Of a stretch of 64,000 nt of DNA, positions 24,551 through 37,023 are shown in pieces; positions within the stretch are counted from its first letter, which is position 1; each line of letters begins with the position of its first letter. The position numbers and the translations under genes are program-made. A model generated the notes under the pieces. That model was not told the origin of the DNA and did not search any database. It saw only the letters and a program-made list of their open reading frames with translations. The DNA comes from Felis catus (Eukaryota): positions 120,840,001-120,904,000 of the forward strand of contig NC_058368.1 in the NCBI RefSeq assembly GCF_018350175.1. The letters run 5' to 3'.

Positions 24551-25929
24551 TTCTCCCAGTTGTAAAATGAGAGGGCTAAATTCACAACAATGGAATTCTA
24601 TGATTATTTTATTTTGTCTTCATGTGGCCAAACAGAGCATTTTTAGAGCTGTAGAGGGATTCTTTATTTCCCTTTTCTTCTTGTTATCCAGGCATCTAAC
24701 CAATCTAGCCTTTAGTTACCAATTAAGATCAGAAAACAGAAAATGTTTGTATTGCTTAGTATTTAAATTGAAACAAAAGAAAGGGAGTGGGGAGCTGGCA
24801 TAAGCTGGTAAATATGTTAGCTTTCATAAGCATGAAATAACACAAGATTTATCATTCCACATTTTATAACTTGGGTGATTTTAGATCTTCTGTGGCCAGG
24901 CTGACTTTATTGTCCTATAATTCTCAATTCTGTGATTTGCGTTTTCTCTTAGCTTGAGCAACTCTCCCAATTGCTTATGACTTTACAGTTGCTACGGGGA
25001 GTCGTTATACACAGATGGCTTTTAGGAGGGGAGTCAATTTGGTAGGCATTTTCCTTGATTACGATGCCTTCTCTGTGCGCTGATTGTTATAAAAGTGAAG
25101 ATTCTTGCATGTCAAATGGTGAAAATGTTTCCAAGGTCTCAAAAAAGGAAGGAACATTACATTTGGCAGATGATCTCTGTATGACTATACTCTGATGAAA
25201 AGGCCGCCTGGTTCCTTTAATTTATTCAGATAAATTTTTATAAGGAGTGATAAAACCAAACCAACATGAGGTACCAGAGGGAAAAGACTGAGCAGAATTT
25301 TCAGTAGTGAGTAGATATTGATTTTAGCATATAATTACATCCACCTTGTTATATGATTTCATTTTCATCCCTTGACACCTTGCAAATGAGTACAAAATTC
25401 TTATCAGACATAAACTGTACCCATTTTTTTTAAGTTCATGCAACTATCCTTCCAGGGGAACACAGAGAAAGATAGAAATGCTTTTTCTTCTTGGAGCAAT
25501 TTATTTCTTTATTTGTATTACTTGTAGTCAGCTTTCTATTGCACAGTTGATGCAAGTTTATTATACAAATATCAGAAAATAGAATCCTATGTTTTTCATC
25601 TAAATTTGTCTTAGTCTAAGGAAAGGTTTGATCTTTATGAATGACCTGTGAGTCCAGAGCTACAGGAAATAAACAGGACACCATTTACTAACCTACTTGT
25701 TTTATATTCAGGTATTTGTGTGATCTATAATAGAAAAGCCATGTTACTATCTCCAGATATATTTTTTCTTGAAAATTAAGAAAACAAATGTCATCACAGG
25801 TGGCTTCTCCAGTTTTCTTATCAGCTGTCATCAATAGATTTTGCTAATAAAATGTTGAGAACCCAGAGCAATTCAAAACATATTCTTGTGCAAAAAAATC
25901 TTCCTGAGATCTAACAAGAACTTACCAAT

Positions 25930-26085
25930 GATTTAGCATTTACTAAGTGTCAGACATTATGCTAAGTATTTCACATGTATTTTATTTAATCCTCAAAGAA
26001 AGCCCATGAGGTAGGTATTACTCCCTCTATTAAAATAAGGAAAGTTTAGATACAGAAAGATGAACCTGTTCCGGATCACAGTGTT
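25930..26085 (-). mobile_element. MIR
   Basis: CATTTACTAAGTGTCAGACATTATGCTAAGTATTTCACATGTATTTTATTTAATCCTCA...CATGAGGTAGGTATTA. Confidence 0.7.
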
Positions 26086-27164
26086 TGTCCTCTAAACTTT
26101 GAGGCTAGGTTGTTTCTCCTCTCTCCTCTCTTTAGTGTTATTCTTCTCTGCAGAATGAGCATGAGTCCATCTTATCTAATTAGAATATACATTTCCTCAG
26201 ATTTCAGTGAGAAATCTCTTAGATGAAAAGGTGCCTACTTCCCAACACCTGGAAACCACCCTTGAGAGATCCTGTGGTTGAGGGAATCAAGGTGGCAGGG
26301 AAGGAGATAAAGTGTTCCATCTCTGCTCTACCTGAGGCTGAGCCAACTTAGGGATTGGAATCTGGAGGAGATCATTTGTGTCTCTCTGACTCAAATACTG
26401 CAGTCTGGTCTGCGAACAAGTCCCTTCCACTTTCCTTCATCTTTGCTCTTGCTCCCCAGTGCTATTCTATTTCAAGTTCATGAATTTCCACACAGCTATG
26501 CTCTGTTTCCCTTGTCACAAGTCTATGTCTTGGAAAGGGACACATACAACTTTTCATCTCCACATTGCTATACACAGTGTCCTTCTTCCAAATCTTGTTT
26601 AAATCCTAGAGATGATATTTACCCACCTATGGTTTAATTTTGTGTTTTCTCTGATTAATGAGTTTGTCTTTGCATTTGTTAAAGATACTGAGTGCTAAAA
26701 GTATTGTGTTCAGTCTCTTTTCTGGTTTGTAGCTAGTTTCTTGTAGAAATCATTTGTTTCTCTTCCTCGTATGTTATTTCCTTGATAACATATAACAATT
26801 GCAAAATGCCTTAGAAAATTGAAAGTATGATGATAATAATGTCATGCACTTATATGTGCTTTAATAGTTAATATTTTGTGAAACCAACCCCCTTTTTAAA
26901 AATCTGAAGCCATGCTAATGCTATTTTGAATTTATGTATAAAGAAGAGGAGTATGAATGTGATTGTCAGACATGTGACATTTTATCCCTACCTCCCCATT
27001 GGTCTCTCACATTGTCCTTCTTGTGGTTATTCTGCTGTTATTTTATGGGATTTATGTGGTTACTTTTTCTTCCTCAATTTTCACTGTTTAAAACCCATCT
27101 GGTCAGCTGACCCTCATTACCTTCCTCTGCAAGTCAAGATACCTTCCCTCACTCTACCTGTCAG

Positions 27165-27168
<4 letters not shown>

Positions 27169-27206
<38 letters not shown>
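27169..27206 (+). repeat. (TG)19 microsatellite
   Basis: Perfect dinucleotide run. Confidence 0.98.
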
Positions 27207-27207
<1 letters not shown>

Positions 27208-27338
27208 TTGTTGTTGTTTTTTAATCACATGAGAGCTTGGGTATGGATGTGCTTTGCCATATGAACCTTATCAATATAAGACATTAGTATATGATTTTAC
27301 TCCCCCTTGACCTCTCTTGTCTGATAGCATATGTAAGG

Positions 27339-27537
27339 CCATGCTTTCCCAATCTTAGAGCATGTAAGAATCACCTGAAGGAACTGGTTAAACATGCGGG
27401 TTCCTGGCTTCTGTCCCCAGAGTTTCTGAATCATCAGTAAGTAAGATGAGGCCCAGGAATATGCATATTTTAACAAAAAGCACAGATAATTCTGACCTAG
27501 GAGATCTGTGTGTGATACTTTGGGAGACACTGCTTTA
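27339..27537. mobile_element. MER5-like hAT-Charlie DNA transposon
   Basis: TTCCCAATCTTAGAGCATGTAAGAATCACCTGAAGGAAC...CCCCAGAGTTTCTGAATC...GGCCCAGGAATATGCATTTTAACAA...ACTTTGGGAGACACTG. Confidence 0.75.
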
Positions 27538-29329
27538 ATGGACCTTATTTCTGTTTCATGAATGAGCAACCTCCCTATGATCTAGACTCCAGATATCTTT
27601 ATATACAAAGCTGCTATGTTACTTTTCACTTCTCTGTGCATGAATAACCTTGAACAACTTTAAGGAACCAGGAGACCACCAAATGTGTAACATAAAAGGT
27701 ACTTAGCATGACAATGAAGTTTATTCTCCAGTCATTTGGAGTAAGGTGCTCTTTTTGGTGTGGGAACTGAGCAAGTGTGGGGTAGCTGCTGACATTCCAA
27801 AGGACCTTGCTGAACTGTGAGGAAGCATATTGACCAGGTGGGAGTCCTGATTCAGTTACTAATGCTGGCTGTGTGATCTTGGCAAAGTCTCTGTACCTCT
27901 TTGAGCCTGTTTTCTATAAAGTGATACTAGATCAGTGTTTGTTAGATTCTCCCACCAAAATAAAGCAGAGGAATGTGTTCATGTCTTCAAAGAATTTTGA
28001 TTGCAGCTGAAAGTAGTTTGCTACTTGATAAAAATTCTTCCCAGCATCATATCTTACTTTGAAAAGCAAGGGTTATTTTTTTTTCTGCTTTCTACTCCAT
28101 CATATATGCAATGATTACTTCAGTATAAAAATAGTGTTTAAAATTAAATACCATTGAGTAAAACTGAAACCCCCATGGCTTCATTTCCTGCTGCCTCACA
28201 TCCCAGGGGTTTCTAGACTTGAGTTTGAGAGTAGACTAGATGACCCCAAAGATTCCTTCCAGTTCTCTGATTTCATGATCTAAGTAAGAAAACTCTTTAA
28301 GCAAATTTGCCATTTAATGCACCGACCTCAATTTCCAAATCAGATGTTCTCTGATGTCTGGGGACCAGGAAAGTGTTCTGAAGGAAAAAAAAAATACTCA
28401 CCAAAAAGGTGACTGCATTTTTGATGTAAACGATCCAATGCTAAATTTATTGACCTTATTCACAAAGGATTTCTGTGATTCTCTAAACTCTCTTTGAGCT
28501 CTGTATGAATTCATTGGCCTCAAATTGAACTTGTACTTGCAAATAGTTATCAGAGTGTGGGTTTGCAGAAAGAAAATTCAACTCGACATGAACACCTATC
28601 CTGGAATTTAATGCAACTGAAGTTTGTTGAGGGCACTTCTGTCACCCTCATTAAATTTATTGATCTTTCTGTGTCTTAACTCACCTCTCTGTGAACTTAT
28701 TGGTCACTAATGATCCCTCCAAATTGGACATGTCTTGACCTCTGTGCTCTTAGAGAGAAAGATGATTTGACAAAAATTCTAAGCAATTTGAATTCTGTTA
28801 TCTTCTATAATAAGACCTCACAAAGGTTCCAGTGTGCACCCAGTGAACTTAAAATGAACTCTCTTTAATTTTGTGGGAGCAGAGAAGGTGCACATCACCA
28901 CACAGGGACATGTTTCATCTTCAAGAAGCTAGTGGGTCCTTTAGACACATCTCCAGAGACTGGCAGTAACTAGTTCTGGTCCTAAAGCAGGTCCTGTTGA
29001 CACTCTAGTCTCTAGACAGGACTCCACTAAACTGAATTCACAAGCAACTGATATATAAGATAATAGAATGCAATTTGTTAATTTCTGTTAATATAATTTA
29101 TAGTTGGGATAACTGTCTTTTAATCAGTACATTTGTACATCACCATACAAATGGATACATGAAACCAAATTGTTAACTGCAGTTGGTCTAGTGAGCATGG
29201 GACTAGCATAATAATTTAATTGAATGGCGTTGATAATTTATAGGATGTTAAATTATGACAGTGATGTATCCCTCTTTACCATATCAGATAGTAAACTAGC
29301 TTCATGAACTTAAGTATGTCCTTATCATA

Positions 29330-29460
29330 GTAGTAACGGGCATGAACTCGGCACACAGGTTCCCTTGGATCAAAGTCTCACTCTGCAACTTGCACGCTGT
29401 GTGACTTCTGATATCTTTCTTAACTCTCTGACCTTCACCTTGCTCTTCTGTAAAATTTTG
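29330..29460 (+). mobile_element. MIR remnant
   Basis: CACTCTGCAACTTGCACGCTGTGTGACTT...TTAACTCTCTGACCTTCAC...CTGTAAAAT. Confidence 0.5.
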
Positions 29461-30477
29461 TTCTACTTCATTTTATTCTTTTTGTAGTTTTGGACATGTG
29501 GTAGAAAATCTAATCTTCCTTATTTCCTGGTTTTTGGAGTGCATCTCAGTGTCACCTCCTGCAGCCACTCAAACTTCAAATTGAAATTTTACTGCCCTAC
29601 CTATTCTCAGAAAGAAAAGTTGACTGGAAGAAAAATTCTTGTCTCATAAAAGAACCCAGTGACCAACTTTATAAACTGTTTGACTTCTGGAAGAAAAGTG
29701 AAGCTTTAGTGCCTCATTTTTTTCTAGATGACCTCCAAATGTGACAATTACTGATAGTCAGGGTTTCATACAGAAACGTTGTTTGAAGGAAAAAAAACTC
29801 GCCAATTTCAACTCAGTGACTGTTGTCAAGACCTCATTAACCTCTCTATGTTTCCCGCCAATGCCACATGAAGCTATTGGCACTCTAAATTGGAATTTTA
29901 CTGGCTACTGTTCTTTCAGAGAAAGAGAGAGTTTGAGGAGATAAAAATTTCACTTCACTCACTTTGCTCATGTTATGTTACCAGATCACTTAAATTTGAA
30001 TAAGACAATGAAAATCACTGACAAACAAATTTCCCAAATGTTTAGAAATCAAAGAAAGTCCTTCTTGCCATGAATTATACCAAAAGGACAAAGAGTTACA
30101 ATTTAAAGTCCATGGAACTATTCATAAAAATATCCAGGAAAATCTAATCTCTGTACTCTAGAATACATAATTTGAATTACTTCTTATATCTTAATATAGT
30201 ATAAATGAATATTTGTTTGGAAGGATAAGCCAATTTTGATGTTGTACAATTGGAAATATGCTTTATAATTATAAATATAAAAATTCTAAAATAAAATGTA
30301 AGCTTTCTCAAAAAAATAAAAAATAAAAATAAAGTCCATGAAACTATTAATTGATTATATTGCATATATTATATTATAATAGATATATTAATTAATTAAT
30401 TTCTCTTAGACCGAGATAGAACACACTAAACTTTAGGAAAAAAGAAACAAGTCAATAAAATAAATGCCTTTGTTTTC

Positions 30478-30770
30478 TTAATGCATTCAATGAATATGTA
30501 TGGAATAGTTATTAAGTGCCCACACTTTCGTAGTCACTGAAGATACAATGAAGAACAAAAATTGACTTGTTCTTATGGAGAGTATAGTGGGGGAGTTAGG
30601 TAGTCCTCAAATGATCATAGGAGCAAATATGAAATTTCAAATGGGATCTGGTGGCTATGGTGCCAAATGGGCATATAATAGGAACATTTGACCTAGAGAG
30701 GAAGGTCAAGGAAAACTATCCCAGAGAAGTGACAAATAAGTAGACATATGAAGCATGAATAGAAAAGAAA
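30478..30770 (-). mobile_element. L2 3' remnant
   Basis: ATGCATTCAATGAATATGTATGGAATAG...ACTGAAGATACAATGAAGAACAAAA...CTTATGGAGAGTATAGTGGGGGAG. Confidence 0.6.
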
Positions 30771-30979
30771 CCCCCTTGGCTAAAAGAAGGAAATGAGTTC
30801 ATGGGACTAACATTAGGTGAGTTACATAGGACATCAGAAATCTTGGTGCCTTATCTGATAGGATTTGCACCACACACACAAAGAGCAACAAAAAGATGCC
30901 CTAAAAAAAGTAACATGTACAAAGAAGAAAGGAAAACATAGAAAGAGAAAAAACAGAAGTTGCAGTGTGTATTTATCAT

Positions 30980-31441
30980 TTTTTTATTTAAAAAATTGTA
31001 TTTATTTATTCATGTATTTACTTATTTACTTATTTAATTTATTTTTTAAAATCACATCCAAGTTAGTTAGCATATATATAGTGCAATAATGATTTCAGGA
31101 GTAGATTTCAGCTATTCATCCCCTGTGTATAACATGTAGTGCTCATCCCAGTGAGTGACTTATTTAATTCCTCTTACCCATTTAGCCCATCCCCCCACCC
31201 ACAACCCCTCTGGCAACCCTCAGTTTGTTCTCTGTATTTCAGATTCTGTTATGATTTGTCCCCTGCCTTGTTTTCATATTAATTTTGCTTCCCTTCCCTT
31301 ATGTTCACAGGTTTTGTATCTTAGGTCCTCATATGAGTGAAGTCATATGATATTTGTTTTTCTCTAATTTTGCTTAGCCCAATACCCTCTAGTTACAGCC
31401 ACATAGTTGCAAATGACAAGATTTCATTCTTTTTGGTTGTT

Positions 31442-31481
<40 letters not shown>

Positions 31482-31484
31482 TGT

Positions 31485-31516
<32 letters not shown>

Positions 31517-33064
31517 ACCATATCTTTATCCATTTATCAGTCATTGGACATTTGGGCTCTTTCCATACTTTGGCTATTGTTGATAGCACTGTTATAAACC
31601 TTGGGGTGCATGTGTCCCTTCACAACAGTACACTGTATCCCTTGGATAAATGCCTAGTAGTACAATTCCTGGGTCGTAGGGTAGTTCTATTTTTAACTTT
31701 TTGAGGAAACTCCATGCTGTTTTCCAGAGTGGCTGCACCAGCTTGCATTCCCACCAGCAGTGCAAAAGAGATCCTCTTTCTCTGCATTCTCGCCAACATC
31801 TGTTGTTGCCTGAGTTTTTAATGTTAGCCATTCTGACAGGTGTGGTTTTGATTTGTATTTCCCAGATGATGAGTGATGTTGAGCACTTTTTTACATGTCA
31901 GTTGGCCATCTGGATGTTTTCTTTGGAGAAGTGTCTATTCATGTCTTTTGCTCATTTCTTCACTAGATGATTTGTTTTTTGGGTGTTGAGTTTGATAAGT
32001 TCTCTATAGATTTTGGATACTAACCCTTAATCTGATATGTCATTTGCAAATATCTTCTCCTATTCTGTCGGTTGCCTTTTAGTTTTGCTGATTGTTTCCT
32101 TCGCTGTGTAGAAGATTTTTATTTTATTTTCCCAATAGTTAATTTTCGCTTTTGTTTCCCTTGCCTCTGGAGATGTGTTGAGTAAGAAGTTGTTGCGGCT
32201 GAGGTCAAAGAGGTTTTTGCCTGCTTTCTTCTCAAGGATTTTGATGGCTTCCTGTCTTACATTTAAGTATTTCATCCATTTTGAGTTTATTTTTGTGTAC
32301 AGTGTAAGAAAGTGGTCCTTGTTTATTTTTCTGCATGTCACTGTCCAGTTTTCCCAGCACCATTTGCTGAAGAGACTGCCTTTCCTCCATTAAGTATTCT
32401 TTCCTGCTTTGTCAAAGATTAGTTGGCCATATGTTTGTGGGTCCATTTCTGGATTTTGTATCCTGTTACATTGATCTGAGTGTCTGTTCTTGTGCCAGTA
32501 CCATATGGTCTTGATGATTACAGCTTTGTAATACATCTTGAAGTCCAGGATTGTGATGCCTCCAGCTTTGGTTTTCTTTTTCAGGATTGCTTTGGCTATT
32601 TGGGGTCTTTTCGTGTGCCATACAAATTTTAGGATTGTTTGTTTTAGCTCTGTGAAGAATACTGGTATTATTTTGATAAGGATTGTATTGAATATTTAGA
32701 TTGCTTTGCGTAGTATCAATAATTTAACAATATTTGTTCTTCCTATCCAGGAACATGGAATGTTTTTCCATTTTTGTGTATGTGTGTTCTTCAATTTTTT
32801 CATAAGCTTTCTATAGTTTTCAGTGTATAGACTTTTCACCTTTTTGGTTAGGTTTATTCCAAGGTATTTTATGTTTTTGGGTGCAATTGTAAATGGGATG
32901 AATTCCTTGATTTCTCCTTCTGTTGCTTCATTGTTGGTGTATAGGAATGCAACCAATTCCTGTGCATTGATTTTATATCCTGTGATTTTGCTGAATTCAT
33001 CAATTAGTTCTAGCAGTTTTTTGATGGAATTTTTTTGGGTTTTCCATATAGAATATCATGTCAT
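30980..33064 (-). mobile_element. 5'-truncated felid L1 (~2.1 kb, 3' part of ORF2 plus 3'UTR)
   Basis: Antisense peptides [10 protein letters not shown]...[25 protein letters not shown] and [29 protein letters not shown]-rich tail at 30980-31050. Confidence 0.96.
31442..31510 (+). repeat. Compound microsatellite (GATA)10-TGT-(AC)13 inside the L1
   Basis: Direct reading. Confidence 0.97.
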
Positions 33065-33559
33065 TTGATTTTAATAACGAACACTTCTGCAAACTTTTTT
33101 ATCTATCCCCTCACTTTTTTAATGGGATATTTAAAAGAATATCCCAAGCATTTAATTTACACATACCTTTTACAGTTTAAAAACTGAGATACATTTTGAA
33201 AACATTCCCTCCATGCCATTATCACATTTAATTCCTTAATATTTTCTCAAAGTTTATCCATACTTGAGTTTTTCCAGTTGCCTCAGAAATGTCTTTTTAC
33301 ACTTAATTTGTACAAATCAGGTTTCAAACACACTTCATACACAACATTTGATTGTCGTGCCTCTTTATTCTCTTTCTGTCCTGTACCACACTCTGTTGTC
33401 TCCCTTTCTCCTCTTTTGTTTTTCCCATTCACTTCTTGGAGAAACAAAGTCATATATAATAACCCATATATTGCACTTGGCTGATTGCTTCCTTGTGGTG
33501 CCATTTAGCTTGCTTCTCTATTTCTCATGTTTCCTGTAACTTGGTAGTTAGCTGTAGAG

Positions 33560-33626
33560 TTTTTTTTTAAGTGTATTTATTTTGAGAGAGAGAGAGAGAG
33601 AAAGAGAGCATGAGCAGAGTAGGGGC

Positions 33627-33683
<57 letters not shown>

Positions 33684-33809
33684 CCCAAGCAGGCTCCATG
33701 TTGTCAGCATACAGTCCGATGTAGGGTTTGAACTCAAAAACCATGATATCATGACTTGAGCCAAATCAAGAATCTGATGCTTAACCCACTGAGCCACCCA
33801 GGTACCCCT
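33560..33809 (-). mobile_element. Can-SINE with (AG)25 tract at 33631-33680
   Basis: Antisense SINE ending GAGCCACCCAGGTACCCC. Confidence 0.94.
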
Positions 33810-34361
33810 AAATCTTGAGTCTTGGTTACTTGGACTCCTAGGCATCACGTTCTGCTGTCCTATTATGCGACTCCTCTTTCTTAACCATCTGAGAGTGTTC
33901 CTTTGGGTAAATGTGCCATAACTTATTTAGTTACTCCATGGACAGTGAGTATGTCACCAGGAGCTGCCATGAGTAGGTACTTTGTAGACCTGTGTATTAA
34001 GGGAAGTGCAAAATCTATTATCAAATGGTATGCCCCAAATATTGTTGGTAAGACTTAGCAATCTGCAGTCTTTTACCTTCCTCTTATTAAGTTTCTATAT
34101 TTTTTTAATTTATGAATGGATGAAGGAACATACAGGTAGAATCAGCTAAACAGACAATGGATCAAAACCATTTTTCAGAATATTAAAGATAGGAGTCTAG
34201 TTCAAACATTTATAAACAGTTCATACAGATGATGTGCATACAATTTAAGGCTGAGATGCAGGCCAGTGTAGCCCAAACACAAAATATGATGATAGAGAAG
34301 GCACTGTGGGTTCTTAAAGTGGTGTATTTTAGCTTACTTTTTTTCTAATTATAGTCTTTTT

Positions 34362-34454
34362 TTTTAAGTGCACTCCACTCCCAATGGGGGGCTTGAACTC
34401 ACAACCCTAGATCAAAATTTGCATGCTCTACTGACTGAGCCAACCAGGTGCCCC
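34362..34454 (-). mobile_element. Short Can-SINE lacking the (CT)n region (SINEC_old-like)
   Basis: GGGCTTGAACTCACAACCCTAGATCAA...CTGAGCCAACCAGGTGCCCC; TSD CTAATTATA(G/A)TCTTTTT at 34345-34361 and 34464-34480. Confidence 0.85.
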
Positions 34455-35034
34455 CCTTCCCCACTAATTATAATCTTTTTAAATGCTAATTGAACAAGTG
34501 GAAATAGAGAAAAGTAGTAATATATAAACAAAACCCCATTATTTCATTACTTGGAGCCAACTGCTTTTCTTAACATTTTGGTTTTTGTACTGTTTTTTCC
34601 CATATATTATTAACAGTTTCACATTTTTGAACATACCTGGTAAATAATGTTGTAAACTGGTTTTTTTTACTTTAAAGTGTGCTTTCTCTTACATTATTAA
34701 GAACTTTGTGCAAACATAAAACTTAATAAATGGATAAAAGCCATACAGTGGGTTCATCATAATTAACCATATTATAATTATGAGGTATTGATTATATATA
34801 TTGAGTTTCAGTATTATAAACATTTTTGCTAATGTAATTATGATTCAACAAATATTTATTAATGCTTTCATTGTTACCATGTGAGTACTTGTGACAGATG
34901 TAAAACTTTCCTTGTGTTTTGGAGGTGTTTTGGAGTATGCTCTTAATTCAAGAAAGGGGAAGAGAAGAAAGAGGTAAAGGAGAAAGAAAGGCAGGGTGGG
35001 GTGGAGTAGGAGGAAGCAGATCAGTCTCCTCGTC

Positions 35035-35222
35035 CAGTGATCCTCAAATTTCAGTGTGCATATAAGAATCACTTGCAGTGCTTATAAAATACTGATTCTT
35101 GGCTCCACTCCCAGATGCTGATGTAATAGGCCCAGATGGCGTCAAAAGCCTGGTTTTGTGTTTAAGCAAATTTGTGGATGTTTCTGCCATGAATGGTCTG
35201 TTGCATAGTTTGGGGAAAATGG
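35035..35222. mobile_element. MER5-like DNA transposon
   Basis: CAGTGATCCTCAAATTTCAGTGTGCATATAAGAATCACTTG...ACTGATTCTTGGCTCCACTCCCAGA. Confidence 0.65.
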
Positions 35223-35534
35223 AGTAGTTCTTCACGTACCCACGTGCTGGTCATTCCAGGCTGTGTATGCGTCCTCTAAATGAAACTGTTCAAGGACTAG
35301 AAATGGGTGTTCTATGAGTAACTCATACTGGCTCCGCTCATCACTTCAATCTCACCTATTATAAAAACACTGCTGACTTTCTACAAAAGGAGAAGGGTGA
35401 ATCTGTGGCTCCAAAACAGTTTATTTTTTACATGGGGGAGCTGAGCAAACATCCAAGAGTTTGAAGAGCCCCATTATCACCAAGCAGCTCTGCTCCAAAG
35501 GCAGGAAGGCTGCGGAAAGCTCACTCTCTTTTTG

Positions 35535-35669
35535 AAAGAGGAAGTGCTCTGGTTTGGTCATCCTTTTATTTCTGAGGGTGACTCCTCATTCTGGCTGTCT
35601 CTGGGTTTCTTATTGCCTCTACACCTTCACTAGCCCAGCATTCAGTAATTCTGATTCTTGCAGGTAAGT
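35535..35669 (+). promoter_or_regulatory. Candidate PU.1/ETS element and downstream consensus 5' splice site (possible non-coding first exon)
   Basis: AAAGAGGAAGTG at 35535-35546 and CAG|GTAAGT at 35661-35669, in non-repeat sequence; motif evidence only. Confidence 0.3.
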
Positions 35670-36142
35670 TTGCTCTTGGGCTCCCTGGAGGCCTCTTACA
35701 CGATTGGTCCAGGTGATTTGTGGGGATGCTGTCATGTATACTGAGTTATGCAGTGAGGCTTTCTGCTGATGGAGTATGTGCTTTTGAGCAGGAAATGGCC
35801 TTTATAAATCTTTTCTTTAACAAGGGCTTCAAAAATTTGCTTCATTCATTGAAGCTCATAACTGTGTCCTCATATCAATAAACTTTGCACCAGAAAGACT
35901 GGTTGCTTAAATCGTTCCTCTGTCTTTGGATGCCACTGAGCACAGCCATCCATTCAGGCAAGGAGGCTATCATATTTCTCCAGGTGACTCCATGAATTAT
36001 AAGCAAGGATAAATGAAAGTAGGAATAATCCAACACCAACTATTGCCGGAATTAAAAAGTCTCATGAATGATGGCGTACAGGGAAACACACACAACTAGA
36101 CACCCTCTTCTGGTACTACAGACATTTTAGTAGTACTTCAAA

Positions 36143-36350
36143 ATAGTGCTATGCGATAGAACCTCTGTGACAGTGAAAATGGTCTATAATCTACCCTGTC
36201 CAATGCTGTGGTCACTTACCTGTGGCTACTGAGCACTTGAAATGTAGATGGCATGATTTAGAACTCAGTTTTTAATATAATCTAACTTTAATTAATTTAC
36301 ATGTAAATGACTTCGTGTAGTTAATAGCTACCAAATTGGGCAGTGAAGCT
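36143..36350. mobile_element. MER3-like hAT-Charlie DNA transposon
   Basis: GATAGAACCTCTGTGACAGTGAAAATG...CTGTCCAATGCTGTGGTCACT..TGTGGCTACTGAGCACTTGAAATGT...TAGCTACCAAATTGGGCAGTG. Confidence 0.8.
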
Positions 36351-36736
36351 TTAAACTGTTCAGTGGATGTCCTCACAGTTTTGAATTAGAAAAAGTTCAG
36401 CCAGATTGAGTTAAAATAAATGTAGTCTTATATATTGTAAATATAACTCCCCTCTCCTCTAATCATGCCCCCCAAATTTGAAGACACAATCACAATTGCA
36501 GTTAGATAGTTAAAAAGATGGTGTTTCCATTTAATCATTCTTCTATTGATAGAATCCATACTCTCTGGTTTTCTTTCTTCCTTTCTCTTGCCCCAAGCTC
36601 CCTTCAGCAATTTTATGTGTTTCCATTCCTCTAGGATCAAAACAACTCACTGAGTAAGCCATGCAGATTACAAAACCATATGGATGGTTTCATGCAATTT
36701 TGGTAAGGAAAAAGTATACAGAAAATGTTCTTTCAT

Positions 36737-36860
36737 GGGGGCACCTGGGTGGCTCAGTCAGTTGAGCATCTGACCCTTGATTTCAACTCAGGTCATGATC
36801 CCAGGGTCATGGGATTGAGCCCTGCGTCTGACTTCATGCCGAGTGTGGAGCCTGCTTAGG

Positions 36861-36920
<60 letters not shown>

Positions 36921-36967
36921 TCTCTCTCCCTTGGCCCCTCTGCCCTGCTCATGCTCTCTATCTCTGA

Positions 36968-37022
<55 letters not shown>

Positions 37023-37023
37023 G
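36737..37023 (+). mobile_element. Can-SINE with (TC)27 and a (GAAA)14 tail, 15-bp TSD
   Basis: GGGGCACCTGGGTGGCTCAGTC head; TSD GAAAATGTTCTTTCA at 36721-36735 and 37024-37038. Confidence 0.97.
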
